The position numbers were made by a program, and so were the translations under genes. From the NCBI GenBank assembly GCA_048938385.1, contig JBHLMG010000007.1:38947-102946 (forward strand): DNA of 64,000 bases, written 5' to 3'. The notes below the pieces were generated by a model. The model saw nothing but the letters and a program-made list of their open reading frames with translations, ran no database searches and was not told the origin of the DNA. This document shows positions 37,523-47,673 of this stretch, one piece after another. Source of the stretch: Promethearchaeota archaeon. Its GTDB lineage: Archaea; Asgardarchaeota; Hermodarchaeia; Hermodarchaeales; Hermodarchaeaceae. Within the stretch, counting starts at the first letter, position 1; each line of letters begins with the position of its first letter.

Positions 37523-38602
37523 TTAGTCTTTTTCAGTATAGGCTAGTAGATGTGTGGTTATCACATCGACTGGGTTCTCCATTTGCTTCATCAATTTCTG
37601 TGCCCGTTCCTTATGAACTTTCAAGAATTGGTCACGATTAGTTAGTATTTCAGTAGTTTTTTTGGCCGCCTTTACCGGGTCCGGTATCCGGTAGAGTAAG
37701 TGGTTCTTGATAAGGTACCGTTCGGTTTCCAGTTCTGCTCCTGGATAGCACGAAATCACTGGTACACCTAGTAGGCTTGCTTCTTGGTTCATAGTACCAC
37801 CTGCACCAACTAACAATATCGCAGAAGCCAATAAACTTGGAGCATCAATCACTCCATCGGGGAGAATAATTCGGTTCCCAAACTTCTGGCGCATAACCTC
37901 GCGTTGTGCTGCGTATCGACATAATACTACAACTGCGATGTGCGAGAACTCCTCTGTGATTGTTGTTATGACCGGGTTGATCAATGGACTGATTTCATTT
38001 GCAATTCCATGTAGATAAGATGCCTGCGCTTCTTCTGGTCGAATCACGACATATTCTGAATCTGGATCTAAGCCTAAATCGTTAAAGACTTGAATATTAG
38101 GTGTAAACTTCTCCAACCACGCTACAGGATCCAAGCCATGGTAGGAGATGATCTTCTGTGAGGGTACACCTTGCGCCTTCCAGGTGTTTTTCATAAACCA
38201 CGGTGTAAAAAGCTTCAAAGCAAGGGGTATAGTGAGTTGCGCGACAAAGCGTGAATGAGGGGAATCATTTGCCGTGAAATAGGGAATTCCCAATCCAAAG
38301 GCGACTCGGGCACTTTCAGGTGAAGCGAAAGCGAAAGCGATGTCTGGTGCAAGGTCGTGGACATATTTTGCCAAAGCGACAACTCTGTCAGCGCTAGCTA
38401 ACAACTTCTCGTACACTCCTGCTCCTCCATGCCTGCCCACTACATCAGCTGGAATTCCCAAGAGGCTTAATTTCTCCGTAACCTCAGCATACCTCCGGGT
38501 TGTATAACGAATGTCAAAATCCGAGGTGCCTAACCGTTCTGCAATTTTCAAACAAAATAGGGCTTGTTTAGGGGTTAACACATCAAACCAGATACGCGTC
38601 AT
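37523..38602 (-). CDS. DUF354 family glycosyltransferase-like protein
   Basis: MTRIWFDVLTPKQ, VGRHGG, SPESARVAFGLGIP, GAGGTMNQEASLLGVP. Confidence 0.88.
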   Translation of the reverse strand: MTRIWFDVLTPKQALFCLKIAERLGTSDFDIRYTTRRYAEVTEKLSLLGIPADVVGRHGGAGVYEKLLASADRVVALAKYVHDLAPDIAFAFASPESARVAFGLGIPYFTANDSPHSRFVAQLTIPLALKLFTPWFMKNTWKAQGVPSQKIISYHGLDPVAWLEKFTPNIQVFNDLGLDPDSEYVVIRPEEAQASYLHGIANEISPLINPVITTITEEFSHIAVVVLCRYAAQREVMRQKFGNRIILPDGVIDAPSLLASAILLVGAGGTMNQEASLLGVPVISCYPGAELETERYLIKNHLLYRIPDPVKAAKKTTEILTNRDQFLKVHKERAQKLMKQMENPVDVITTHLLAYTEKD

Positions 38603-38713
38603 GCTTTTTTCACGCCCCTGTTTCTGTACATGTTCTCTTATGGCATCGTCCCTTCCCTTTTTATTTGATGTTGTCTTGATTCTCCACTTAGAATTATTCA
38701 CTTCTAGCGAGGA

Positions 38714-39292
38714 TTGGTTATCATAGATGAAGAAGGTCTCCGTCGAATAATTGAAAATCACTTAGAAAACGCTGAAGAACACATCCGTGAGGGTCGTCGC
38801 CAACAAGCCCTTGGTGAGTTCGAAGAAGCTGCATCTCTTCTCGAAGCTGAAGGGGAGCTTGATCAGCTCGAAATGTTATGGGCTCACGCAGCCACAGGGT
38901 TCACGGCAGCTGCCGCACCTTTCCAGGCTGGATTCAGTTTCCTACGACTTGCGGACCTTGAGGCGAAAGCTGGTCGACGATCGGATGCTCGGGACAGTTA
39001 TTTATCTGCCGCTAACTCATTTTTCGCTGCGAGAGATAAAAGCCAAGAACTATGGACAAAACTCACCCAGGCGCTAGAAAAGGCCATTGAACTTACCCTC
39101 GCTTTAGACGATCCTTCCATGGCTATTGAGTTACTCTTCAAATGCGCAATGATCCATTATCGAGAAACAGGTTATACATTCGATGCTATCAATTGTCTTG
39201 AACGAGCCCAACAGCTCACCGAACAAGTCCCTACTCACCCGCTTAAGGAAGAAATCAGTCAAACGCTCCAACATCTAATTGATCGACAGTAA
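38714..39292 (+). CDS. SNAP (soluble NSF attachment protein)-like helical repeat protein
   Basis: TPR-like helical hairpins with SNAP-type spacing: AHAATGF...AGFSF...DARDSYLSAANSF...KAIEL...AINCLERA. Confidence 0.65.
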   Translation: MVIIDEEGLRRIIENHLENAEEHIREGRRQQALGEFEEAASLLEAEGELDQLEMLWAHAATGFTAAAAPFQAGFSFLRLADLEAKAGRRSDARDSYLSAANSFFAARDKSQELWTKLTQALEKAIELTLALDDPSMAIELLFKCAMIHYRETGYTFDAINCLERAQQLTEQVPTHPLKEEISQTLQHLIDRQ

Positions 39293-39365
39293 GGAAAAAT
39301 GAAACTGTCACCAATCCTCGCCTAGCCAACGAATTCGCCCCTGACTCTTAACGAATTCTGTCTAG

Positions 39366-40505
39366 CTAGGCGAGGGCTTGGCGGCTCTGCTGCACGATCC
39401 ATGCTCGGTCTGCTTCGGTAAGCGCGGGGTGGACTGGAAGTGACAACACTTCTTTAGCGGCTTGTTCGGAAACGGGCATTATTCCTTCCTTGTATTGGAA
39501 GAGCCGTTGATAAATTGGAGTTAGGTGGAGGGGAACCTCATAATAGACAGCGGCGCCAATCTTTGCCTGGTGTAATGCTTTCTGTACAGCATCTCGGCTT
39601 CTCGGTGGGGAGATTCGAATTGTGTACAGATACCAGTTATGCGTCGCCCAAGGGGCTTCAATTGGTAAGCCCACATTTTTCAAATCTGCAAGTTCTTCGC
39701 TTAAAACCTTCGCATTCTCTCTGCGTTTTTTAAGAAATTCTGGTAGGCGGTCCATTTGGGCAAGACCAATGGCGGATTGAATTTCGGGGATTCTGTAGTT
39801 ATGTCCCAGCTGAACATATTCATAGGGACGGATTTCGCCATGCGTGCGGATTTGTCGTAATCGTTCAGCCAACAAGTCATCGTTTGTTGTGAGTAACCCG
39901 CCTTCACCAGTTGTGATGACCTTGCTAGGGTATAGGCTGTAAGTCCCCACATCACCAATCGTTCCCACATGCTGGCCCCGGTACTTTGTACCATGGGCTT
40001 GGCAGGCATCCTCAATGATGGCGATGTCGTGTTTTTGCGCTAACTCGCATAAAGGCGCCATGTCGGTAGGATGCCCATAAAGGTGCACGGGAATTATCGC
40101 CCGGGTTTTGGGGGTTATGGCCCGTTTGACTTTCTCTGGATCTAGCGTATAGGTTTCAGGACTAATGTCAGCAAATACGACCTTGGCTCCATTCAACAGC
40201 ACCATGTTCGTGGTGGCAATGAAACTAAAGGGGGGTGCAATCACTTCATCGCCTGCGTTGACATTGAAGGCAAGGAGGGCAGCATGGAGCGCAGCAGTTC
40301 CTGAGTTGACGGCGATTGCGTGTTTGGCCCCGACAAACTTCGCAAACGCTTCCTCGAATTGCTTAGTGAAAGCTCCAGCTCCGGATTTGTGGGTAAGCAT
40401 ACCGCTCTCGAGGACTTTGGTGACTGCTGCGATCTCCTCTGCTCCGAGGATGGGGCGATTGGATGGAATGAATTGCTCTGGTGGTGAAAGCGACGCTGGT
40501 GGCAC
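39366..40505 (-). CDS. DegT/DnrJ/EryC1/StrS PLP-dependent aminotransferase
   Basis: NSGTAALH, PVHLYG, IEDACQAHG, SLYPSKVITTGEGG. Confidence 0.95.
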   Translation of the reverse strand: MPPASLSPPEQFIPSNRPILGAEEIAAVTKVLESGMLTHKSGAGAFTKQFEEAFAKFVGAKHAIAVNSGTAALHAALLAFNVNAGDEVIAPPFSFIATTNMVLLNGAKVVFADISPETYTLDPEKVKRAITPKTRAIIPVHLYGHPTDMAPLCELAQKHDIAIIEDACQAHGTKYRGQHVGTIGDVGTYSLYPSKVITTGEGGLLTTNDDLLAERLRQIRTHGEIRPYEYVQLGHNYRIPEIQSAIGLAQMDRLPEFLKKRRENAKVLSEELADLKNVGLPIEAPWATHNWYLYTIRISPPRSRDAVQKALHQAKIGAAVYYEVPLHLTPIYQRLFQYKEGIMPVSEQAAKEVLSLPVHPALTEADRAWIVQQSRQALA

Positions 40506-40616
40506 AGTGGCTGTCTCCGCTTATGGAATAGGGGGGTGCCCCCATATAAAATTAACTATATTTCCGTAAATTAGGGTTTAAACGGAATCTCAGTAAAATT
40601 TCCCGCAATTCCCGCA

Positions 40617-41567
40617 TTAAAAAGTCAATGCAAAGATTCGGAGCCTGTGTACATGCTGGAACCCCATAGCCTTGTAGAGTGCTAATGCTGGTTTATTGGT
40701 TATGTCGAATTCCAATTGCACAACAGAAAATCCGCTAGCAAGCACGCCTTGCATACTGAAAGCAAGTAGTCCTCGTCCTAAACCTTGCCGACGATGTTGA
40801 GGGACGACACCAATTGGACCTAGCATTCCGACTTCTCGAATAGGTCGGACAACAGTCACTCCCACGATCTCCTTGGTTTTTACCAAGACGCCGGTGGCTT
40901 GCTCAATGAAAGGGCGTTCTCGGTCTAACCAGAATTTGTAGGAATCCAACCGCTGCTCTACAGTTTGATCAAGCCAGAAGCGGTCAATACTATTATCGAA
41001 CATTTCAAAGAAAGGTCCCCGCAGCTCTTCGTTGGTATACTCAGGGAGGGGGACTAGCTCAAATTTTGCAGGTAAATGGACGGGGGGTACTGAAGCTCGA
41101 GTCAGTTTCCGTTCAAGCCGTGCCTCTTCCGTGGTAAGATGCATTCCTTGGTTTTCTAACCAACGCTGATAGAGCAGAGCCCTCAATTCTGTTTGAGGGG
41201 TTATCTCTGTGAGTTCTGCTTCAAGGCGGTCAAACCCTTGTGATTGGGCATGTTTGATGGTGGCTTTCAGTAACTCCTCAGCTATGGCTTCTCGGTGCGG
41301 TCCAAGCTTGACGATAGGATGCCAGCGTCCGATTGTGCCCACATTTGGTATGAAAGAAAAAAATGCTAGCCAACCTACCACTTGATTCTTTGAATAAGCA
41401 ACAATTGGAATGCTATGTGAGCGTTGCGCTAACCATTCTAAGTAATCGGTGAAACCATCCAAGGCGGTCGAGTCAGAAAGCAAGCCCTCTTCTTGTCTTG
41501 TTTCAAAGAGATATCGGGCTAGTGTTTTCTTTTCGACTTCGTCCCAAGTTTGAACTCGAATTTGCAT
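40617..41567 (-). CDS. Tandem GNAT acetyltransferase
   Basis: GVVPQHRRQGLGRGL, NKPALALYKAMGF; degenerate N-terminal GNAT domain. Confidence 0.88.
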   Translation of the reverse strand: MQIRVQTWDEVEKKTLARYLFETRQEEGLLSDSTALDGFTDYLEWLAQRSHSIPIVAYSKNQVVGWLAFFSFIPNVGTIGRWHPIVKLGPHREAIAEELLKATIKHAQSQGFDRLEAELTEITPQTELRALLYQRWLENQGMHLTTEEARLERKLTRASVPPVHLPAKFELVPLPEYTNEELRGPFFEMFDNSIDRFWLDQTVEQRLDSYKFWLDRERPFIEQATGVLVKTKEIVGVTVVRPIREVGMLGPIGVVPQHRRQGLGRGLLAFSMQGVLASGFSVVQLEFDITNKPALALYKAMGFQHVHRLRIFALTF

Positions 41568-41648
41568 AGTATGGAAAAAGGGTAGTTGATCTAATAATTA
41601 AGTGAGTAGGACTAATGGAATGACTGATGTATTTACCGGTAAAGCGTC

Positions 41649-42071
41649 TTATAGACCTTTGATTACTTGCATGAGGACTGTGTGGTGGCGTTTTTCGTCT
41701 GCGAGTATGTGTTCGAAGATTGCTTTGACGGTCTTTTGTTTCACAGTTTTAATCGTTTCTTCGAGAATCTCGATCATCTGCTTTTCGACTTCGATGTGTT
41801 GGCTGAGATCGCGTTTTGCGACCAGTGTATCAGTCCATTTATCCTCATGAAAGTCTTTGAAGGAATAAGGTGTTTCTTTGAGAACTCGTTCAACGGTTCG
41901 GTACATTTTAGCATGTTTCGCTGAATCCATGCCTAGTTCATCAATGATAAGTTTGATGGCGGCATTGTCAATCGTTGCAGCGGTTTTTTTGTAGAGTTCA
42001 ACCGCCTTATCTTCAATCTTGATTGCTCTAGCAACCATTTCAAGTAATTCTTTATGCGGACCTTCCGTCAT
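41649..42071 (-). CDS. Ferritin-like (rubrerythrin-type) di-iron protein
   Basis: E...DSAKH and HIEVE...DEKRHH. Confidence 0.85.
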   Translation of the reverse strand: MTEGPHKELLEMVARAIKIEDKAVELYKKTAATIDNAAIKLIIDELGMDSAKHAKMYRTVERVLKETPYSFKDFHEDKWTDTLVAKRDLSQHIEVEKQMIEILEETIKTVKQKTVKAIFEHILADEKRHHTVLMQVIKGL

Positions 42072-42154
42072 AGTGTGTTCACCTAGTTATCGTGATATCC
42101 TTCGAACAGTGAGCCACCTGTAAAAAAGACTTCTCCTCTTGGCAATTCCCTGAG

Positions 42155-42565
42155 CTAGAACTTCCAAACCTCGTCTTTGAGAATCGTGTGGTGGCGTTTT
42201 TCATCATCGAGGATGTGTTTTAACAAGGCTTTTAGCGTTTCATCCTTGCTGACCAATATCTCATCTTTCAAGAGTTCTATCATCTTTTGCTCTCGTTCTA
42301 TGTGAGTTTTAATAGCTTCTAACCCTTGGTTGCGTTGTTGCCAAGAACTCACAAAAGTTTCCTTAGATAGTTCTCCTTCCTTCAACGCATCTAGCATTAG
42401 CTGCACCATTGCTGCATGCTTCGTCGAGTCTGCAGCACAGATCTCAAAAAGTGCCTTGATGCCTACATGGTCGATAGTTTTCATTTCTTTACGAAGGGCG
42501 CGTGCAGATTCCTTTTCTAGTTTTAATTGGGTTTCTAACAGTTTGATGAGTTTTTCATGGGCCAT
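42155..42565 (-). CDS. Ferritin-like (rubrerythrin-type) di-iron protein, tandem paralog
   Basis: E...DSTKH and HIERE...DEKRHH. Confidence 0.85.
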   Translation of the reverse strand: MAHEKLIKLLETQLKLEKESARALRKEMKTIDHVGIKALFEICAADSTKHAAMVQLMLDALKEGELSKETFVSSWQQRNQGLEAIKTHIEREQKMIELLKDEILVSKDETLKALLKHILDDEKRHHTILKDEVWKF

Positions 42566-42570
42566 GACTG

Positions 42571-43116
42571 TTACTGCTCCATTAGTTTGTCTAACAGCAT
42601 CCTATAATAGGAAAGCACTTGTGGTCGTGTTCGTGCATCCATTGTCTTAAATTCTTTGGCTAATCCAGCCATTTCTTTTCTTGATAGTAAATTAGCTGCT
42701 GCTGGGAATAGCTCCTCATCCTCCCGTTTGATGTGAGGTATAATTAATTTCACGTAGCTCTCAAGGTTGCTAAGGACGGTTTGTCGAGCCTTTTTATTCC
42801 CTGTAAACATGGGTTTGGCATGTCTTCGGAGATCACTGATATATCCTAACAACCGCATGTGTTCTTCGACAAGTTGATCAATGATCTCTCCAAATTCGGA
42901 CACTCCTCCTTGGCGTTCAATCGCAGGGAATAGCTGTTGTTCTTCTTTTCCGTGGTGAACGATATCAGCAAAAGTACTCCAAAAATCGATAAGCATCCAG
43001 TAGCGTTTTGGTTGGATGACTTTATCATCCTTGATTTCTCTGCGAAACTCTTGAGTGACGAAGATGGCTTTTTCGATGAGCTGGTGTTCCTCAGCAAGGC
43101 GCTCTAAAGGTTGCAT
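42571..43116 (-). CDS. Hemerythrin (HHE) domain protein
   Basis: EEH, HHGKEEQQLFP, EEH, HIKREDEELFP. Confidence 0.92.
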   Translation of the reverse strand: MQPLERLAEEHQLIEKAIFVTQEFRREIKDDKVIQPKRYWMLIDFWSTFADIVHHGKEEQQLFPAIERQGGVSEFGEIIDQLVEEHMRLLGYISDLRRHAKPMFTGNKKARQTVLSNLESYVKLIIPHIKREDEELFPAAANLLSRKEMAGLAKEFKTMDARTRPQVLSYYRMLLDKLMEQ

Positions 43117-43232
43117 TGACTTAGCACTTCTCCAAAGGTGGGTATAGACCTTAAGGTTTGAAGCGTTATAAAATGCTTTAATCTTCTCCTGTTATGCTAC
43201 TCCTGAACCCTGTTCCACGAGGTTTAAGACTT

Positions 43233-43646
43233 CTAGTTATCTATTTTGTTTAGGGAATCAATGAACTGTTTGACTTTTTTCTCAATGGCATCCCGGATTT
43301 CTCGAACCTTCATAATGGATTGGCCCTTGGGGTCTTCTATGGCCCAGTGAATGACACGATGCAATAAAGGTGCAGGACAAAACTTCTCTACTTCGCACCC
43401 CATAACGATTACATGAGCGGCGTCATGTAACTCAGACGCCGTAATTCGACGAGGCTTATTGTTGAAGATATCAATGCCTTTCTCTAACATCACTTCAACC
43501 ACGATATCATGTACTTTCTCGCTAGGATGAGTTCCGCCGCTATCAGCAGTTATTTTTCCCTTCCCATATTTTTGCGCGAAAGCCGCTGCCATTTGGCTAC
43601 GCCCTGCATTGTGAATACAGACAAAGAGAATGCTTTTTGTGGACAT
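43233..43646 (-). CDS. arsC: Arsenate reductase, LMW-PTP family
   Basis: LFVCIHNAGRSQMA, MGC...CP, WAIEDP. Confidence 0.88.
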   Translation of the reverse strand: MSTKSILFVCIHNAGRSQMAAAFAQKYGKGKITADSGGTHPSEKVHDIVVEVMLEKGIDIFNNKPRRITASELHDAAHVIVMGCEVEKFCPAPLLHRVIHWAIEDPKGQSIMKVREIRDAIEKKVKQFIDSLNKIDN

Positions 43647-43774
43647 TTCATCTAAGTGCTTTGGCCCACTTGAACTTAATTAATTCAGTGTTTTCACAAG
43701 AATGAAATTGGTAGGTTCACAAATAATAGCAAACCAAAAAAATGATCGTCTTCAATCCTTCTTGAGGTGAAATA

Positions 43775-45532
43775 ATGTCTCGATTACGCCCTCGATATTT
43801 GGTATTCATTATTAGCATCATCCTGATGCTTAGTGGCGTTGCCATGGCCTGGGGTGTGCAGAATAACTTTGGTGCTGTCCAAGCTAGCGAACTAACCCTC
43901 ACGACAGCAGAGGGCGTTCCGATATCAGGCATCCTCCAACGACCCCTCGTCGCCACGTCTGCCAATCCTCTTCCCGGAGTCGTCGTTATCCATGGCGTCA
44001 TTCAATCTAAGGAATGGGTTATGGCTTTTGGCATAGAACTCGCCCGACGCGGATTCGTAGTACTTACTATTGATGCTGTAGGTCATGGAAACTCGGGTCC
44101 CAGCATGGGTTCTGGAACGGATGCAGGAGGCATTGTAGCACTTGAACACTTGGATAGTCTGCCTTATGTTAGCACGCTAGGCATGGTTGGCCATAGCATG
44201 GGTGCTGGCATTGCCATTCAAGCTATCAATACCACCTCCATTCAAGTGGATAGCCTTGTGCTTGTTGGCGGGGGTGGTAGTACCCTTAGTATATGGGCGA
44301 ACACCACCTATCCGCATAATGTGCTCATAGTAGTGGGGCTGTATGATGAGCTTTTCAATGTGCCACAACTTCTCAACGATCTTGCTGACCCTTTCAATAC
44401 AACAACGCCTGTAATTCCTGGACAACTTTATGGTGATTTCACTACAGGAAGTGCCCGGATGGTAGTGCTTCCACCTACCAATCACCTTTTCGAAACTATT
44501 GACCCTGCTGCGATAAGCACTACCACGGAGTGGGTCATGAATAGCCTCAAAGGCGTTCCCGATAGCTACTGGATTCCTAGCCTAAACCTCTTATATCCCC
44601 TCTGGATTGCTGGCGGCTTGTTAACCTGTCTGGGTGCCATTCTCTCCGTCCTTGCATTATTTTCGATTCTTATTCAATTCCGGATTTTTCGTCCAATCCG
44701 CAATTCTCCAAACTCAGAATACTTCGCAAAGACCACCTCCTATCTTGGAATGGGACTCCTCTATGGATTCATCTCCCTTGGAGCTTTACTGGTCATGTTT
44801 TTTACCCACCTTCCTTTCTCCTTTCCTCAGGGCTATGGGTTATCTGTAATCCTTGGTCTCTTCATCGGAGGGTTATTAGCCCTCCTTCTCCTGGTTGGTG
44901 TCAAACATATCTTGCAACGAAAATCAGTAATCTCAGCTTGGAACGATTTTGGGGGGTTTAACGGTAAGGACCAAGGTGGGTTCAAGAACTTACTGAAGAC
45001 TATCGCTCTTGGATTTCTGCTGGGTTTTATTGGGATTGCTTGGCTCTATCTTTGGGTGTTGCCGGTTGATTTATTTCTCGCTCTAGATTTCCGGGCTTTC
45101 CTGCCTTTCCTTAAAACCCTCTCCCCGCTGCGTGCCCTATTTGTCCCTTTCTACTTCCTACTCTTACTTCCAGTGACCCTCATCGATGGGCTCTGGCTGA
45201 TGGGCTACCTTCGCACTCAACCAAAAGACACTTGGTGGAAAACCCAGGCTTGGTGGACCGGCAAAGCCATTTTCATTAAAATTCTTCTCTTTGTAGCAGT
45301 CCTCATCGTCCAAACTGGGGTCAGCATTGCCAGTGGACGCCCTTTCATCTCTGGATTTGTAGGGTTTTACCTACTCTTTCTTTGGATGTTCGTTCCAATG
45401 TACGCTGTATCTTCGACAATTATCGCTTGGTCGTATCGGCTAAGCAATCGTTTCTACATCGCTGTTCTCTTCAACGCCTTCCTCTTTGCGTGGTTAATGG
45501 CTGCAGTTCTACCAATCTATTACATCTACTAA
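43775..45532 (+). CDS. Membrane-bound alpha/beta hydrolase
   Basis: VIHG, GHGNS, GHSMG nucleophile elbow, followed by about 8 TM segments. Confidence 0.85.
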   Translation: MSRLRPRYLVFIISIILMLSGVAMAWGVQNNFGAVQASELTLTTAEGVPISGILQRPLVATSANPLPGVVVIHGVIQSKEWVMAFGIELARRGFVVLTIDAVGHGNSGPSMGSGTDAGGIVALEHLDSLPYVSTLGMVGHSMGAGIAIQAINTTSIQVDSLVLVGGGGSTLSIWANTTYPHNVLIVVGLYDELFNVPQLLNDLADPFNTTTPVIPGQLYGDFTTGSARMVVLPPTNHLFETIDPAAISTTTEWVMNSLKGVPDSYWIPSLNLLYPLWIAGGLLTCLGAILSVLALFSILIQFRIFRPIRNSPNSEYFAKTTSYLGMGLLYGFISLGALLVMFFTHLPFSFPQGYGLSVILGLFIGGLLALLLLVGVKHILQRKSVISAWNDFGGFNGKDQGGFKNLLKTIALGFLLGFIGIAWLYLWVLPVDLFLALDFRAFLPFLKTLSPLRALFVPFYFLLLLPVTLIDGLWLMGYLRTQPKDTWWKTQAWWTGKAIFIKILLFVAVLIVQTGVSIASGRPFISGFVGFYLLFLWMFVPMYAVSSTIIAWSYRLSNRFYIAVLFNAFLFAWLMAAVLPIYYIY

Positions 45533-45618
45533 CACCATTCCAGGCTTACAGGTGTTGGTAGCGCAAGGTTAAAGCCAAGGGACTCCCCAAATCAGAGTGA
45601 AGCCTTGGAGAGTCTTAC

Positions 45619-47571
45619 ATGGCTGAACCTCGATATTGGTTGTTAAACGCGGTCTATCATCCAGACCTTCAAGCTGTAAAGCTAACTTACCTTGAAACTC
45701 CAGCTCAGGAACTAATCACTCTTCAGACAAATTTTACCCCATATTTTTATGCCTTACCATCAAACCTTGGAGAATCAGTGCAACGCATGGAATTGATGAG
45801 CGGTGAGACTCTCACAGTTGCTCGTGTTCATGAAGGAAGTGATGTCAAACCTGAACGGGAATGGGAGCGCGAACTAAGTCCCGCTTTGAGCTTCATTCAC
45901 AATCAAGGGCTTCGGTTCGGTTGTCCCCATCAACAAAAGAACCAGGTCATGCAACTAGACTTACCAATACCACCAAACCAGCTTGAGGCTTTCAACACCC
46001 GCTTTGCCTTGATAAAAAAACAGGATCCGTTGAAATACACCTTTTTGAAGGAATTTTTCCAATACGCTATCCAACCTGTTCCCACTATTCCTCTGGGTTC
46101 GTTTAAACTAGAAAAGCAGTATGACGCCTCTCGAATTCTTTGGGCGTTGATGTTGGCTCGAGTCGCCAACATCCCGTTCCTCCAAGCACTCACAAGCCGG
46201 GGGGTATCTGATTGGATTCGATCGATGTTATATTCTAGCTACCGTCGCCTTGGCATTCTCATCCCCGACCCAGAAGAGCTCAAAAAAGGACATACACCAC
46301 ATCGAGTGGAAGGCGCTCTCACTATCGCTCCAACCCCAGGTGCTTACTTTAACATGGCGGTCTTGGATTTCGAGTCCCTATATCCAAGTCTTATCGATCA
46401 GTATAACCTCTCCTATGAAACCATGGATTGTGGACACACCGAATGTCAAACCAATCAAGTACCCGATGAAGCTCACTATGTTTGCACTCATCGGCGCGGC
46501 ATTTTCAGCGCCCTGATCGGGGCAATCAAAGACCTACGCATCCATTGGTTCAAACCCCTAAGCCGAGAAAAGAACTTACCTGCAAGGCAACGGGAACAAG
46601 CCACGACAATCTCAGACTTGTTGAAACTGCTTCTTGTAAGCAGTGGTGGAGTGACGATCAGGATTCATGGACTCGCCTGCCCGCCCTTTGCAGAATCCAT
46701 GATGGCTTATGGGCGATGGGCTTTACGCACAAGCTGGGATTATGCCATTGGACGCGGTATGCAACCGATTTATGGTGACACTGACTCGCTCTTCTTAGAT
46801 CAACCCACGCAGGAACAGATCGCTTGGCTTCTCGCGAAGGTCAAAGAGGAATTAAAACTAAAACTCGCTGTCGATGTCATCTATCCCCTGTGTGTGTTTA
46901 GTTCTGCGAAAAAAGCCTACTTTGGGATCCTTTCGAATGGTTCACCTGACGCGAAAGGTATAACCTTGGGTAAGTCAAGTTCTCCACCTCTTTTCCGCCG
47001 TGTCTTCCGGGAGGCTGTAAAACCCTTGGCTGGTGTTGATGATCAAGACAAACTTACTGAGGCACGACCCAAAATTGTACGGATTCTTCAACAACAGATT
47101 GCCTCCCTGCGGCAAGGACATTTCACCGTGGAAGATATGGAGTACCGAGTTAAGGTCTGGAAGGATATGGAGAAGGCGGAGAAAGGCGCTATGCTCGCTC
47201 AACCGTATCAAGCTATGAAACAGCTTCAAGATAACGGAATTACTGTGAAACGACGGGATGAGGTTGGCTTTGTAAAAGTGAAATCCTTCCGTTATGGGCC
47301 ACGCACTTTCACCGTAAAACCTACTAGTATGGCAACACACCAAGAAATCGATGTTCCTGATTACATTCGAAAACTAGGCATGGCGTTCGAACAAGTCCTC
47401 GTTCCTCTTTGTATTGAATTTCCTAGCAAGCAATCTAGAGCGCTTGATGCCTTTCTTTCCAAGGATGTGCATGAGCCTTTTACTTCCGAATCCAGCGCTC
47501 CTGAAAAACGCCAAGATGAGCAGCCTAAGGGTGGGCAGAAACGGTTGGTTGATTTCTCAGAGGATTGCTGA
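45619..47571 (+). CDS. Family B DNA polymerase, PolB1-like, lacking the exonuclease domain, with altered motif B
   Basis: DFESLYPS...NLSYET, YGDTDS, KKAY; motif B reads KLLLVSSGG; C-terminal PIP-like QKRLVDF. Confidence 0.85.
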   Translation: MAEPRYWLLNAVYHPDLQAVKLTYLETPAQELITLQTNFTPYFYALPSNLGESVQRMELMSGETLTVARVHEGSDVKPEREWERELSPALSFIHNQGLRFGCPHQQKNQVMQLDLPIPPNQLEAFNTRFALIKKQDPLKYTFLKEFFQYAIQPVPTIPLGSFKLEKQYDASRILWALMLARVANIPFLQALTSRGVSDWIRSMLYSSYRRLGILIPDPEELKKGHTPHRVEGALTIAPTPGAYFNMAVLDFESLYPSLIDQYNLSYETMDCGHTECQTNQVPDEAHYVCTHRRGIFSALIGAIKDLRIHWFKPLSREKNLPARQREQATTISDLLKLLLVSSGGVTIRIHGLACPPFAESMMAYGRWALRTSWDYAIGRGMQPIYGDTDSLFLDQPTQEQIAWLLAKVKEELKLKLAVDVIYPLCVFSSAKKAYFGILSNGSPDAKGITLGKSSSPPLFRRVFREAVKPLAGVDDQDKLTEARPKIVRILQQQIASLRQGHFTVEDMEYRVKVWKDMEKAEKGAMLAQPYQAMKQLQDNGITVKRRDEVGFVKVKSFRYGPRTFTVKPTSMATHQEIDVPDYIRKLGMAFEQVLVPLCIEFPSKQSRALDAFLSKDVHEPFTSESSAPEKRQDEQPKGGQKRLVDFSEDC

Positions 47572-47673
47572 ATGATCTATTGTTGCCTGTTTGAATGTCC
47601 AATTTTTCCGTGTTAACTAGTTTACACGATAATATAGTAAAATTTATTAGCTACCAACTATCACCCTCCTTAT

